Shown piece by piece: positions 1 through 10,166 of a DNA stretch of 61,471 nucleotides. The first letter of the stretch is position 1; each line of letters opens with the position of its first letter. The DNA is from Candidatus Berkelbacteria bacterium. GTDB lineage: Bacteria > Patescibacteriota > UBA1384 > DTJR01. Below the pieces are notes generated by a model, which saw nothing but the letters and a program-made list of their open reading frames with translations, was not told where the DNA came from and searched no databases. The position numbers were made by a program, and so were the translations under genes. The stretch lies in NCBI GenBank assembly GCA_029865605.1, contig JAOUGE010000006.1, forward strand, positions 1 to 61,471, written 5' to 3'.

Positions 1-627
1 TTGCTGGTTGACCCTGGTGGGGTCTTCATCCTTGGAGACCACCGCCGGACGATTGAGCGGCTGGTGCACCTTGGCGTGCCGCGCGAGCTGGCCGAGGGCT
101 ACTTCAAGCGCCCGGACTACGCGGAGTACGCCCGAGGGCATAGGAGCACGGCCGCCTACTTGGGCGTGCTGCGCGCCGAGTGGGGTGGGTTCTGTCCGGC
201 TGACGAGCAGCTGATCGCGGCCCACGGTGAGCACATGTACGCCGTAGACGTGGAGGTGCTTCGCCTGCTTGGGCGGGTGCGGGTGCCGGTTCTACTGGCA
301 ACGGCTACGAACCCGATCGAGTGGGCGCGGATGGAGTGCTTGCTCGGCCTTGGTTCGGCGTGGCTGACCACCCATCGCGTCTGGCGGTCGGACCATGTCG
401 GGTACCTCAAGGGCGACACGGGTGCCTTCCGCTACACCGTCACTCACTGGCTGCCAGCAGTCGGCTGGACGGTTGAGGCGGAGGGGGTCGCCTTCACGGA
501 TGACGTCCAGCGCAACATCGAGCAAGCTGTCAACGACGGTCTGCGGCCCACGCGCTGCCATCGGTACCAGGCAGGCGAGATCTGGGGCCTTGAGAACTGG
601 CTCCGTAACCTCGACCTAGTCGAGTAG
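1..627 (+). CDS. HAD-superfamily hydrolase-like protein, possibly 5'-truncated by the window edge
   Basis: 208-aa ORF. HAD-like motifs seen by eye: LLATATN (motif II-like), YLKGD (motif III Lys) and FTDDVQRNIEQAVNDGL (motif IV DD). High GC3. Confidence 0.45.
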   Translation: MLVDPGGVFILGDHRRTIERLVHLGVPRELAEGYFKRPDYAEYARGHRSTAAYLGVLRAEWGGFCPADEQLIAAHGEHMYAVDVEVLRLLGRVRVPVLLATATNPIEWARMECLLGLGSAWLTTHRVWRSDHVGYLKGDTGAFRYTVTHWLPAVGWTVEAEGVAFTDDVQRNIEQAVNDGLRPTRCHRYQAGEIWGLENWLRNLDLVE

Positions 628-662
628 ACTGGCCGGGGGCTAACATGAAGGAGGCGATAACG

Positions 663-682
663 GGGCCGGCGAACGCCGGCCC
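663..682 (+). terminator. GC hairpin after the island A gene
   Basis: GGGCCGGCG-AA-CGCCGGCCC, a 9-bp stem, followed by T-rich sequence. Confidence 0.45.
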
Positions 683-707
683 TTCCGTATTTATAATCTT
701 TCTTGGT

Positions 708-742
708 CTTTACCCTTTTCACTTTACCCTTTACCCTTTGCG
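708..742. repeat. Five phased heptads CTTTACC/CTTTTCA/CTTTACC/CTTTACC/CTTTGCG
   Basis: Direct reading. Period is exactly 7 nt. Intergenic, upstream of the sugar operon. Confidence 0.8.
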
Positions 743-776
743 ATATTTCTGCTACTTTATCTCCGAGAGGAGCGCT

Positions 777-1697
777 ATGGCTAAAAAGACAGTTGCTGTT
801 TTGGGTTGTACCGGCATGCTCGGCTCAATGGTTTTAGATGTTTTTTCTCGCGACAGGAGTTTCAAGATCATTGCCACAGGCCGAAATAAAAAAGAAATTT
901 TAAGATTCTCAAAAAAATATCCCAAAGTTGGATTTCTAGTTCTTGACGTCGAGACCGCTGACGAAAATACCCTTAAAAAAGCTCTCAAAGGCGCTAAGTG
1001 GGCGATTAACTGCATTGGCATAATCAAGCCCTATATTCACGATGATAATGCGATAGAAGTCGAGAGAGCGATTCGCGTCAATTCTTTGTATCCTCATCTT
1101 TTAGCCAAAGCAGCGACAAAATTGAAGGCCAAAGTCATCCAAATTGAAACCGACTGCTCCTTTTCCGGCAAGAAGGGAGATTACACCGAGGATGATGAGC
1201 ATGATCCGACCGATGTTTATGGCAAGACAAAAAGTTTGGGCGAAGCTAAATTCCCAAACGTCTACCATCTGCGCGATTCAATTATTGGGCCTGAAATCTC
1301 GGCTCACGTCTCGCTTCTGGACTGGTTTTTAACTCAACCTAAAGGGGCAAAAGTCAACGGCTTTGCCAATCACAAATGGAATGGTGTCACGACGCTGCAT
1401 TTTGCCCGGATTTGCCTTGGCATCATTAAAAATAATCTTAAAATCCCCAACTTTCAGCATATAATCGCAGCGGATAAGCCGTCTAAAGCTCAAATGCTAA
1501 ATTATTTTGCTAAGTATTTTGACCGCACCGATATTAAAATTACTCCGGTTAAGGCGCCGAAGGTGGTTGATCGGACATTGGCCACCAAAAACCCCAAAGA
1601 AAATGCGAGGACTTGGAAGGCAGCGGGGTATAAAAAACCGCCAATGGTCGGAGAAATGATAGGAGAGCTTGCTTTATATGTAGGAGGCGAGAGGTGA
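777..1697 (+). CDS. NAD(P)-dependent sugar-nucleotide reductase/epimerase (RmlD-like SDR)
   Basis: Start reset to the ATG at 777 (GAGAGGA SD). The upstream part of the tracked ORF runs through a terminator and the heptad tract. Has VLGCTGMLGS Rossmann motif and YGKTK catalytic YxxxK. Confidence 0.7.
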   Translation: MAKKTVAVLGCTGMLGSMVLDVFSRDRSFKIIATGRNKKEILRFSKKYPKVGFLVLDVETADENTLKKALKGAKWAINCIGIIKPYIHDDNAIEVERAIRVNSLYPHLLAKAATKLKAKVIQIETDCSFSGKKGDYTEDDEHDPTDVYGKTKSLGEAKFPNVYHLRDSIIGPEISAHVSLLDWFLTQPKGAKVNGFANHKWNGVTTLHFARICLGIIKNNLKIPNFQHIIAADKPSKAQMLNYFAKYFDRTDIKITPVKAPKVVDRTLATKNPKENARTWKAAGYKKPPMVGEMIGELALYVGGER

Positions 1698-2770
1698 AAG
1701 TCCTAACTATTCTTGGCACACGGCCAGAAATCATCAGACTTTGTCTGATTATTAAAAAGTTGGATAAGCTTTGTAATCAAATTCTGGTTCATACCGGTCA
1801 AAACTATGATGTTAATTTAAATGAGATCTTTTTGAAGCAACTCAAGGTCAGAAAGATGGACTATTATCTTGGTGCAACTGGAACGTTCAGCGAACAGATC
1901 GGAAAAATCCTGACCGAGCTTGAGAAAATTATCAAAAAAGAAAAACCGGACAGGTTTTTGGTTTTGGGAGATACCAATTCCTCAATGGGCGCGATTGTTG
2001 CCAAGCGACTGGGCGTCCCCGTCTATCATATGGAGGCAGGCAATCGCTGCTATGACGATAGAGTGCCTGAGGAGGTTAACCGCCGCATCATCGACCACTC
2101 AAGCGATGTTTTAATGCCCTACACTGAACGAAGCCGCCAAAATCTTTTGCGGGAAGGTATTCAAGGCGAGCGGATTTACGTTACCGGCAACCCGATTAAA
2201 GAAGTGCTCGATTATTTTGAAGCGGAAATCGACTCGAGCGAGATTGCTAAAAAACTCAAGGTTGAGAAGGGAAAATACTTTTTGGCTACGCTTCATCGCG
2301 AAGAAAACGTTGATGTTCCGGAGAGATTGAGAAAGTTTGTCAAAGCTTATAATGAGTTGACTAAAAAATATAGAATGCCCTTAATTTGGAGTGTTCATCC
2401 CCGAACCCGCAAAAGACTTTTGGCGGCGAAGATCAAGATGAACAAAACAGTCAGGCCTCTTGAGCCATTAGGGTTATTCGATTTCGTCAACCTTGAGAAA
2501 AACGCCTTTTGCGTTTTATCCGATTCCGGCACGGTCCAAGAAGAATGCGCAATTTTTAATGTCCCCAATGTCACGACTCGTGACGTAACGGAGCGGCCGG
2601 AAACGATTGAAGCGGGTTCAAACTACATTTCCGGCTGTGAGGTTGATTCGATTCTGCGGGGAGTGAAGGCCGTTATAGGCAAGAATTATGATTGGGCACC
2701 GCCGAGAGAGTATTTGGCTAAACTGGTTAGCGAAACAGTAATAAAGTTAATTTTGGGTTTCCGGAGATAA
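1694..2770 (+). CDS. wecB: UDP-N-acetylglucosamine 2-epimerase (non-hydrolysing)
   Basis: N-terminus MKVLTILGTRPEIIRL and HMEAGNR motif are typical of the family. The GTG start overlaps the previous stop by 4 nt. Confidence 0.85.
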   Translation: MKVLTILGTRPEIIRLCLIIKKLDKLCNQILVHTGQNYDVNLNEIFLKQLKVRKMDYYLGATGTFSEQIGKILTELEKIIKKEKPDRFLVLGDTNSSMGAIVAKRLGVPVYHMEAGNRCYDDRVPEEVNRRIIDHSSDVLMPYTERSRQNLLREGIQGERIYVTGNPIKEVLDYFEAEIDSSEIAKKLKVEKGKYFLATLHREENVDVPERLRKFVKAYNELTKKYRMPLIWSVHPRTRKRLLAAKIKMNKTVRPLEPLGLFDFVNLEKNAFCVLSDSGTVQEECAIFNVPNVTTRDVTERPETIEAGSNYISGCEVDSILRGVKAVIGKNYDWAPPREYLAKLVSETVIKLILGFRR

Positions 2771-2773
2771 ATA

Positions 2774-3724
2774 GTGTTTTATCCTAAAGTCTCCATCGTC
2801 ATTCCTGTTTATAATGGTGCGAACCATCTTCGAGAAGCGATTAATAGTGCCTTGGCCCAGACCTATGAGAATATTGAGGTGCTGGTTATCAATGACGGTT
2901 CAGATGATGATGGGTCCACTGAAGCGATTGCTAAATCTTATGGTGATAAGGTCTGCTATTTTTATAAAAAAAACGGCGGTGTAGCATCGGCATTGAACTT
3001 TGGGATTAAGAAAATGAGCGGCGAATATTTTTCTTGGCTGAGCCATGACGATCTATATAGACCAAACAAAATATTAATCCAGATTAAATATTTACAAGCT
3101 CATTCGGGAGACAGTTCGATAATACTGTTTTCCGATTTTACTTTAATAGACAGGGATAAGAAGATACTATCTAAAGCTAAAATAAAAGGCGTTACCTCAA
3201 AGAATCTTTACTACAGGCTTATTAGCACCAGCCCCATACACGGCTGTAGTTTACTAATTCCCAAGAGATGCTTTCCCTCAAAAAATCCTTTTAATATTAA
3301 GTTACGCGCCACTCAAGACTATGATCTTTGGTTCAGAATGTGCACGAATTACAGATTTATCCATCAACCAAAAGACTTAATTTTTTCTCGGCTTCATAAA
3401 GAGCAGGATACTCTTAAGAAGACAGCTATTGTAAGGTTGGAAAATATAAACCTAAACAATAAGTATCTTGGTCGTTTGAAAAAAGTATATTGCGAAGAGC
3501 CGATTGATAAATTAAGAGAAATTTATTTAGAATGTGCTTTCGGCTTGGTGGAAAAATATTTTTTTCCGTCAGCAAATATAGCATTTAAGTTATATGCTCA
3601 AACCAAACCCAGAATAACTGGGCGAGTTAAAAGTGCTATCCGATTTGATTATGCAAAATTATACCTCCTCGCCAGCGCCAGCATAGGGTACGTCGCACGA
3701 AAAATCCGTAAAACCATCAAGTAA
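2774..3724 (+). CDS. Glycosyltransferase family 2
   Basis: VSIVIPVYNGANHLREAINSALAQTY...VINDGSDD GT-A signature. Confidence 0.8.
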   Translation: MFYPKVSIVIPVYNGANHLREAINSALAQTYENIEVLVINDGSDDDGSTEAIAKSYGDKVCYFYKKNGGVASALNFGIKKMSGEYFSWLSHDDLYRPNKILIQIKYLQAHSGDSSIILFSDFTLIDRDKKILSKAKIKGVTSKNLYYRLISTSPIHGCSLLIPKRCFPSKNPFNIKLRATQDYDLWFRMCTNYRFIHQPKDLIFSRLHKEQDTLKKTAIVRLENINLNNKYLGRLKKVYCEEPIDKLREIYLECAFGLVEKYFFPSANIAFKLYAQTKPRITGRVKSAIRFDYAKLYLLASASIGYVARKIRKTIK

Positions 3725-4735
3725 ATGAAAGCAGTATTCTTCTACAGAAAACCCTACGATGATCATTACAGTATCGAAAATGTTTTTGACACGGTTATTA
3801 GGTCGCTTCCCAAAAATGTTCAGGCCCAAAAAGTAGTCCTGCCATTTATTAGCCGGGGTATTTTCCCCCGACTTTTTAATATTATTTTTGCCGCTTTTAA
3901 GCAAGGTGACATAAACCATATCACTGGCGATGTTCATTACATCGCTTTCTTTATGCGTAAGAAAAAAACTGTCCTTACAATACATGACTGCGGATTTCTT
4001 GTGCAGAACCATTCACCATTAGCAAAATGGATTATTAAATTATTCTGGTTTAGAATGCCTGTCTTGCGGTCTTCAGTTGTTATAGCTGATTCTGAAAAAA
4101 CTAAAAAAGATATCTTGGATATTACTAACTGCAGTCCTTCGAAAATCACCGTTATCCCTGTTCCGGTCGATGAAAGATTTAAGTATATACCTAGGAAATT
4201 TAATAAAAGGTCACCTACATTGCTTCAGATCGGTACCAAACCAAATAAAAACCTACCGCGAGTTATACGTGCGATCAAAAATATCCCCTGTGTTTTACAC
4301 ATTGTTAGTAGTCACAATAAGACATTGGTCACACGGCTTAAAAAATCTAAAATTTGCTACAAGATTTTCAGTAATCTTACGAATGAGGAAATTATTGACA
4401 AGTATGCTAATTGCGATGTTGTTATATTTACATCGCTATCAGAAGGGTTTGGAATGCCAACAATCGAAGCAAACGCCGTTGGCAGACCGGTGGTTACTAG
4501 TAATCTTTCCCCGATGAAAGAAGTGGCTGGATCGGCAGCGTGTCTTGTGGACCCTTACAATATTGATGAGATCAAAAAGGGAATATTAAAGATTATCAAC
4601 AATGCTAATTACCGGAATGAATTGGTTCGCAAGGGGCTTAAAAACGCTAAGCGTTTTGGGCCTAAAAAAATCGCAGGAACTTATTATTTGTTATATAAAA
4701 AAATGGAAAAGGCTAATAACGCTCGTACACAATAA
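3725..4735 (+). CDS. Glycosyltransferase family 4 (GT-B fold)
   Basis: C-terminal EGFGMPTIEANAVGRPVVTSN motif. Start abuts the previous stop. Confidence 0.75.
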   Translation: MKAVFFYRKPYDDHYSIENVFDTVIRSLPKNVQAQKVVLPFISRGIFPRLFNIIFAAFKQGDINHITGDVHYIAFFMRKKKTVLTIHDCGFLVQNHSPLAKWIIKLFWFRMPVLRSSVVIADSEKTKKDILDITNCSPSKITVIPVPVDERFKYIPRKFNKRSPTLLQIGTKPNKNLPRVIRAIKNIPCVLHIVSSHNKTLVTRLKKSKICYKIFSNLTNEEIIDKYANCDVVIFTSLSEGFGMPTIEANAVGRPVVTSNLSPMKEVAGSAACLVDPYNIDEIKKGILKIINNANYRNELVRKGLKNAKRFGPKKIAGTYYLLYKKMEKANNARTQ

Positions 4736-6635
4736 TATTTTCATTTTCCCAATACGGTTTAAAGCTAGAGAAATTTTTGCTTGACACAATCTCGCTCCTT
4801 ACCTTTTCGCGGTAGGTTTTTAGCGCTTCCTGCTTCCGATTAAATTCCTCAAAGTCACGGTCTGAAGCATAAGCCTCTTGAGATAAGACCGGGTCGATTT
4901 TAGGAAGTTTTTTTTCTAAGATAAGAAAGCATTTGCCAGCCGCGCAGCCTTTTTCGAACTTATCTGCGCTGAGGGGCTGAATGACCAAGTCTTCTGAAAG
5001 CAGAGAGAGCCGGTACTCGTCGCTAAAAATATAAATGCTTTGATGCGGGTAGCTTTTAATGATTTTATAAATAATCTCAAACGGCTCAGTATAGTAAGCT
5101 CGGTAGAAAGTGGGCGGAAAGGCAAAACTTGAAGCAACAGTAAGAAGCAGAGAGAGAGGTACTATTTTCAGGCCTATCCACTCTAATTTTCTATTTTGTA
5201 TTACCTCGTCAAAGATAAGGGTTGTTCCTAGCAGTGCCAATAGCATCAAATACCAGCCGCTGCGGCCAAGATAATTAGGCATTTCTAAGATCCCCGTTAT
5301 GGTAACTAATCCAAAGATAACGCTAAAAACAGAGGTAATTAAAAGAACTCTGTTCTTTTTCTTTACGGCAAGATAGCTGACGAATATTGATAAAAGGGTC
5401 CAAAGGTAAGCACCTGCCGATAGAAAATTATTTAAGGGACGGATGCCTTTCATGGTTATTGTCGCTTCGCCAGTTGTGAGCAATGGTGTCAGGTACCTAT
5501 GCAAGAAATCACTTCGCGATTCGTTATAAAAATGGTACTTTCTTAGGAGATTGTCTAGGTGCAGATTCATCTCTCGATACTTTTTGCTTATAATTAGTTC
5601 ATTATTTTCGTCATATGTAATCTCTGTGACTGGGAATCCTTCGCCGTGTTTTGATATTGTTGTTTGTAAATAAATATGGGCGAAAGCAATGAAGAAACCA
5701 AGTATAGCAATAGAGAGAAGCTTAAGTGCGTAAATGCGATAGGGTCTGCCGAATTTCTTTTTGAGAACTAGGGTTAGTAATAAAATGGCTATTAGGGCCG
5801 GTATATATTGCGCAAAAAGATATGGTACCGTCAGACCCAAGGCTACAATCGTAAGTAAATAAAATATTGCCGAGATCTTTCCTGAAAGCTCCTTGGGTTG
5901 TGCCAGAAGGTAAATCAAGAATGGAAGGAAAATAAAAGTCAAGGCCGAGGGGAAAAAGCCGATCGTCTGTAAAGTCAGTTGGTTGAGAATAGGCAAAATA
6001 AGAAGCAATAACAATAAATATTTGGAGATTTTATTATTAAAAATATCCTTGAATAATACGTAAATAGACAAAGTGATTAGAACTCCTAAAGTTGGTCCGG
6101 CAAAGCGATAGATTTCTGAGCCGGGCAAGAATAAAGTCAAAGGATATAGGAAAAGATGGAACCCTGGCGGATAAGGCGCGTAACTTAAACGACCAATGGT
6201 AGCTAGATCATGAAAAAGGTATCGGAAATGGGCATAGGCATCAATTGTTCCCGGGGCGATATTGGTTGCGGAATCGTAAAAACGCGAAAAAATCAGAGCG
6301 GCAGCGAAAGTCAAAAAAACAGCTCCGCCCAGAAAACTTACTCGAGGTAGCCGGGGGCGGAGTATTTTATACCGGTAAAGTTTTATCAGGCTGAAGAGAT
6401 TAATAGCTAAAATCACCGCGCTGTAGATTATGGGGTAGGCCTTGAGAGGACCAAATGAATAAAAAGGATAGGCAAAGATAATCTGGATTGAAATTGAGAG
6501 AGGAATACTATAATGCAGGGCTTTTTTATAATCTCTAAAAAGTGCCGCAAGCGGAAAAAATAAAGCGAAGGCACTGGCGAAAAGCACAGTAAAGATTATC
6601 AGAATCGAGATCAGGTCTGTTGATTCTAAGAGCAT
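4713..6635 (-). CDS. Polytopic membrane protein, GT-C/ArnT/PMT-like putative glycosyltransferase or polymerase
   Basis: 640 aa with more than 10 hydrophobic segments followed by a soluble C-terminal domain. Lies within the glycan locus. Confidence 0.5.
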   Translation of the reverse strand: MLLESTDLISILIIFTVLFASAFALFFPLAALFRDYKKALHYSIPLSISIQIIFAYPFYSFGPLKAYPIIYSAVILAINLFSLIKLYRYKILRPRLPRVSFLGGAVFLTFAAALIFSRFYDSATNIAPGTIDAYAHFRYLFHDLATIGRLSYAPYPPGFHLFLYPLTLFLPGSEIYRFAGPTLGVLITLSIYVLFKDIFNNKISKYLLLLLLILPILNQLTLQTIGFFPSALTFIFLPFLIYLLAQPKELSGKISAIFYLLTIVALGLTVPYLFAQYIPALIAILLLTLVLKKKFGRPYRIYALKLLSIAILGFFIAFAHIYLQTTISKHGEGFPVTEITYDENNELIISKKYREMNLHLDNLLRKYHFYNESRSDFLHRYLTPLLTTGEATITMKGIRPLNNFLSAGAYLWTLLSIFVSYLAVKKKNRVLLITSVFSVIFGLVTITGILEMPNYLGRSGWYLMLLALLGTTLIFDEVIQNRKLEWIGLKIVPLSLLLTVASSFAFPPTFYRAYYTEPFEIIYKIIKSYPHQSIYIFSDEYRLSLLSEDLVIQPLSADKFEKGCAAGKCFLILEKKLPKIDPVLSQEAYASDRDFEEFNRKQEALKTYREKVRSEIVSSKNFSSFKPYWENENIIVYERY

Positions 6636-7807
6636 GTTTTTTGGGTTAGTTTAAAATAGATTGCAGAAATTTTTGCGACTGTTTTTTTTAAGCTAAACTC
6701 AGCAATTGCTTTCTGACAATTTTTCTTTAAACTGCTTCTGTTTTTATAGGCCAGTTCTAGCTGTAGAGCGCTTCGTTTTTTATTCGAAGTATTTTTTATA
6801 ATCTGCGCACAGCCATATTTTTCTAGTACTTCAGCTATACCCACTTCTTTTGAAAGGCAAACTGGCAAACCATGGCTTATAGCTTCAAGGGTTGCCAGAG
6901 AAAAAGATTCGTAATGGGAAAAAAGGACGAAAATATCACTAATCCCAAAAAGCTCTTCCTTATTTTTCCCCTCGACAAGGCCGGTGAAGATTACTTTGTT
7001 GCCGACTCCGAGTGAGCCAATCTGCCGTTCGAGCTTTTTAAGTTGCCCGCTCTCGTCGGGACCGGCAATGATTAGCTTATAGTGCGGATCTTTTTTTGCA
7101 AGTTTGGCAAAAGCGGCAATTAAATGTTCTAAGCCCTTGATAAAACTAAGCCGCCCGAGAAATAAAAATACTTTGTCTGACTGGTTGAGGCCATACTCTC
7201 GCCGTTTTGGCTTTATGGGTTTACGCTTTGGTGGTTCGATTGGATTCAGGGCGACTTCGATTTTGTCTTGAAGGGATGGTATAAAACCAGCTAACCTGTC
7301 TCTTTCAAGAGGTGAGACGACGAGGATTTTTGCCGCGTTTTTCAGAAGTTTCTTGCCATAGAGCAAATTAAAAACCCTCTTGATAAGGCTTTTTTTAAAA
7401 AGCGGGATCGGCATAGGCATTTCGTGAAGATGAATAATATAAGGAATCTTGTATTTACGGCAGTATTTAGCGCAGATGATATTTTGGTAGGTAAAGAAGG
7501 AGTGCAGGTGGACAAGATCGAATTTTTTGAGGTTGTTCCGGATGTATTGTTTAAAACCGCGGGGGAGATATAGATTAAAATCTTTGGCCAGCCAAGGGCT
7601 CAAATTCCTAAATCTGACGACCTTTACTCCCTTGATGGTTTCGGCGTTTTTTGCAACTCTTGAGTGGCGATCGTATGCATCAGTGGTGGCTACGCTAACC
7701 TGGAAACCTCTTTTAACAAGAAGCTCGGAAATATCGGAGCAGACTTTGACCGGACCGCCAAACCCGAATGCGGGCTTGTAAAAGGGAATAACCTGAAGTA
7801 TTTTCAT
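6626..7807 (-). CDS. Glycosyltransferase family 4
   Basis: Start reset to MKILQVIPFYKPAFGFGGP. The 57-aa extension in the ORF track crosses the divergent promoter region. GT-B motifs present. Confidence 0.75.
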   Translation of the reverse strand: MKILQVIPFYKPAFGFGGPVKVCSDISELLVKRGFQVSVATTDAYDRHSRVAKNAETIKGVKVVRFRNLSPWLAKDFNLYLPRGFKQYIRNNLKKFDLVHLHSFFTYQNIICAKYCRKYKIPYIIHLHEMPMPIPLFKKSLIKRVFNLLYGKKLLKNAAKILVVSPLERDRLAGFIPSLQDKIEVALNPIEPPKRKPIKPKRREYGLNQSDKVFLFLGRLSFIKGLEHLIAAFAKLAKKDPHYKLIIAGPDESGQLKKLERQIGSLGVGNKVIFTGLVEGKNKEELFGISDIFVLFSHYESFSLATLEAISHGLPVCLSKEVGIAEVLEKYGCAQIIKNTSNKKRSALQLELAYKNRSSLKKNCQKAIAEFSLKKTVAKISAIYFKLTQKTCS

Positions 7808-7823
7808 AGGTGTTATATTACAG

Positions 7824-7851
7824 GGTAAAGGGGAAAGGGTAAAGAGGAAAG
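7824..7851. repeat. Four phased heptads GGTAAAG/GGGAAAG/GGTAAAG/AGGAAAG
   Basis: Direct reading. Lies between divergent GT4 genes, ending 3 nt before the ATG at 7855. Confidence 0.8.
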
Positions 7852-7854
7852 AAA

Positions 7855-9057
7855 ATGAACATCCTCGTTGTTCATGAAACCGAATATTTAGCAAAGGATA
7901 AAATGGTTTTTGAGTACCAAATAATTCCGGAGATCTGGGCAAACAAAGGCCATCAGGTTTTCGTTCTCGATTATCCAACGCACTGGAGAAAAAAGCATTT
8001 TTTTGATTTTGGCTATGCGAGGTCGCAAATAATCAGAAATATTAGAAGATCAAGCCAGAAAAAGGGCATAACCTTAATCCGGCCGGCAATCGTTAAGGTT
8101 CCCGGCCTCGCCCGGATCGTTGCGGTCGTTTCTTATTTTTTTCTTATTCCTAAGATAATCAGAAAGTACAAAATCGAACGGATATTTCTTTATTCGGTGC
8201 CGACCAATGGTCTGCAAACCATTTTTTGGGCAAGAAGATTCAAGGTCCCTGTGCATTTTCGGCTTTTGGATGTTTTGCATCGGCTTGTCCCAAACAAGTT
8301 TTTATCATCGCCGACCTATCTTCTAGAAAAAATCGTTTATCCTCGGGTAAGCGAGCTGACGGCGATTACTCCGCGATTAACCAAGTACGCGATCTCAATG
8401 GGAGCCAACAAAAGAACGGCTTCTTATTTGCCTTCGGCCTCGGACAGCGAGCTTTTCTATCCCCAGAGAAAGGACCCTAAACTTTTACGGAAGTTCTTAA
8501 TAAAAAGGGGCGAGCTCACCCTTCTTTTCGCCGGTACGCTCTATGGTTTTTCCGGTCTGGATAGGATAATTGAGTTTTGGGGCAAGCACAAAGATGAGTT
8601 TTTAAATCTTAAACTTATCGTCTGTGGCGACGGTAGCCAGAAGAAACTGCTCGAAAAGCTAATCGAGAAGTATGCCCTCGGCGATCAGATTTTTCTAACC
8701 GGTTTTATAAACTACCTCAAGTTGCCTAAATATATAAATCTCGCCGATATCTGCATCAACCCTTTTGAGATAAATGAAATTACCAAGATTATTTTCCCGG
8801 GTAAGATTTATCAATATATGGCTTGCGGCAAGCCGACTATTGCCACCCGCCTCAAAGGAGTGCTTGATATTTTCCCTGATCTGGGCGGCAAAAACGGCAT
8901 CTATTATTTTAGTCTTAGCAGACCAAGAGAGTTTTTTGAGCTAGCCCACAAAATCGGCAGACGTGAGATCAAAGATCCCAACCCTCAGCTTAACGAGATT
9001 GCAGGAATAATTGAGAAGAGACTATTACAGTTAAAAGTGAAAAGTGAAAAGTGGTAG
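7855..9057 (+). CDS. Glycosyltransferase family 4
   Basis: 400 aa with GT-B C-terminal domain features (GFINYL...CINPFE...MACGKPTIATR). The C-terminal codons themselves form an AGTGAAA heptad tract. Confidence 0.7.
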   Translation: MNILVVHETEYLAKDKMVFEYQIIPEIWANKGHQVFVLDYPTHWRKKHFFDFGYARSQIIRNIRRSSQKKGITLIRPAIVKVPGLARIVAVVSYFFLIPKIIRKYKIERIFLYSVPTNGLQTIFWARRFKVPVHFRLLDVLHRLVPNKFLSSPTYLLEKIVYPRVSELTAITPRLTKYAISMGANKRTASYLPSASDSELFYPQRKDPKLLRKFLIKRGELTLLFAGTLYGFSGLDRIIEFWGKHKDEFLNLKLIVCGDGSQKKLLEKLIEKYALGDQIFLTGFINYLKLPKYINLADICINPFEINEITKIIFPGKIYQYMACGKPTIATRLKGVLDIFPDLGGKNGIYYFSLSRPREFFELAHKIGRREIKDPNPQLNEIAGIIEKRLLQLKVKSEKW

Positions 9058-9058
9058 G

Positions 9059-9071
9059 CCAGCGAAGCTGG
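9059..9071. terminator. CCAGC-GAA-GCTGG mini-hairpin between convergent genes
   Basis: 5-bp stem with a GAA triloop, embedded in a short GC-rich patch. Confidence 0.35.
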
Positions 9072-9109
9072 GGGTGGCGGGGCCAAAGTTTATAAATACT
9101 TTTTGGAGA

Positions 9110-9475
9110 TTATTTCTTTACCCCTTTAACTTTACCCTTTACTCCAGCGAGATCTTTAAGGGCAATTTCCCTTGATAGCTGTTCAAGCGCTTTTTCAACC
9201 CTGTGGGCTTTGGCATAAATTCGATAGTTGATGAAAAGAAGAAAGGCTAAAGCCATCCCGAAGACTGTCCCGAGTCCGGTCCGCTGTCCGCCAAGGAGGG
9301 AAATTAGCTTGTCAATTAGGCTGGGAAAGTAGGCAACTATTAAGATAGCTATCCAAATACCGACCCAGAAAACCGTCATAGTTAAGCCCTCTCTTTTTGC
9401 TTTTAAGTCCAAGTAGAGTCGCGAAGCGACCAGGACCGCTAGAATGGTGGCGAAGGTTTTAGCGATTATTTGCAT
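9110..9475 (-). CDS. DUF2304-like small membrane protein
   Basis: 121 aa with 4 TM segments, directly downstream of a GtrB-like GT2 (a commonly seen pairing). The C-terminal GVKGKVKGVKK is encoded by a heptad tract at 9116-9143. Confidence 0.6.
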   Translation of the reverse strand: MQIIAKTFATILAVLVASRLYLDLKAKREGLTMTVFWVGIWIAILIVAYFPSLIDKLISLLGGQRTGLGTVFGMALAFLLFINYRIYAKAHRVEKALEQLSREIALKDLAGVKGKVKGVKK

Positions 9476-10159
9476 TTATCCTCTCAGTCTGTGCGAGATA
9501 AGTTTGGATACAATATATAATCCATTTAATATTGATTGCCCTTTTTTTTTGGAATATTTGCTGTAGATTACTCTGATCGGGATCTCTTGGACTCGGGCGT
9601 GAAAACGGGCTGCCTCTATAATGGTCTCTGAACAGATCTCATATCCCATCGCGCTAAGTTTGATCTTTTTTAAAAAACCGCGCGAGAAGGCTCTAAAGCC
9701 GGACTGGGAATCGCTGACTAAGTATCCGGAAAGAATGTAGGTCACAAGGTTTAAAAAAATATTGCCGAATTTTTTGATGGCTGGCATGCCCCGCGAGCGG
9801 ATTAGTCTTGTGCCGATAACCAGATCCGCTTCTTTCTTTAGAACGGGTTCGATGACTTTTCTAATATCTTTTGGGTCGTGCTGGCCATCGCCGTCAAGAG
9901 TGACGGCTATATCCGCCCCGATTTTTTTTGCCGCCTCAAGGCCGGTCTTAGTAGCCGAGCCGTAGCCGAGATTGACAACGTGATTGATCAGCTTGGCCTT
10001 TGTTTTTTTTATTTCTCCGATTGTGCCATCCGCAGAACCGTCGTTAACGGCGATGGCCGAGATTTTGTGAATCCCGCGAATTTTGTGCGGCAGGGCATTA
10101 ATCACCCTCCCAATTACCTTTTCTTCATTATAAGCCGAGATAATAATAGCGAGATGCAT
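9476..10159 (-). CDS. Polyprenyl-phosphate glycosyltransferase (GT2, GtrB/DPM1-like)
   Basis: IIISAYNEEKVIG...VNDGSADGT...LDGDGQHDP motifs. Confidence 0.8.
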   Translation of the reverse strand: MHLAIIISAYNEEKVIGRVINALPHKIRGIHKISAIAVNDGSADGTIGEIKKTKAKLINHVVNLGYGSATKTGLEAAKKIGADIAVTLDGDGQHDPKDIRKVIEPVLKKEADLVIGTRLIRSRGMPAIKKFGNIFLNLVTYILSGYLVSDSQSGFRAFSRGFLKKIKLSAMGYEICSETIIEAARFHARVQEIPIRVIYSKYSKKKGQSILNGLYIVSKLISHRLRG

Positions 10160-10166
10160 GATATTA

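Larger units (their letters stand above)
1..685. other. GC-rich island A (extends beyond the window start)
   Basis: Abrupt change from GC-rich to AT-rich sequence near 685. Holds one ORF plus a GC hairpin. Confidence 0.7.

Noticed and set aside
645-776. N-terminal extensions of tracked ORFs: 645-776, 7808-7978, 11130-11153, 30205-30252, 56364-56546 and 19553-19681.
   Set aside because: The extensions run through terminators, heptad tracts, promoters or a neighbouring island. Downstream in-frame starts with SD sites coincide with the conserved N-termini of the protein families.
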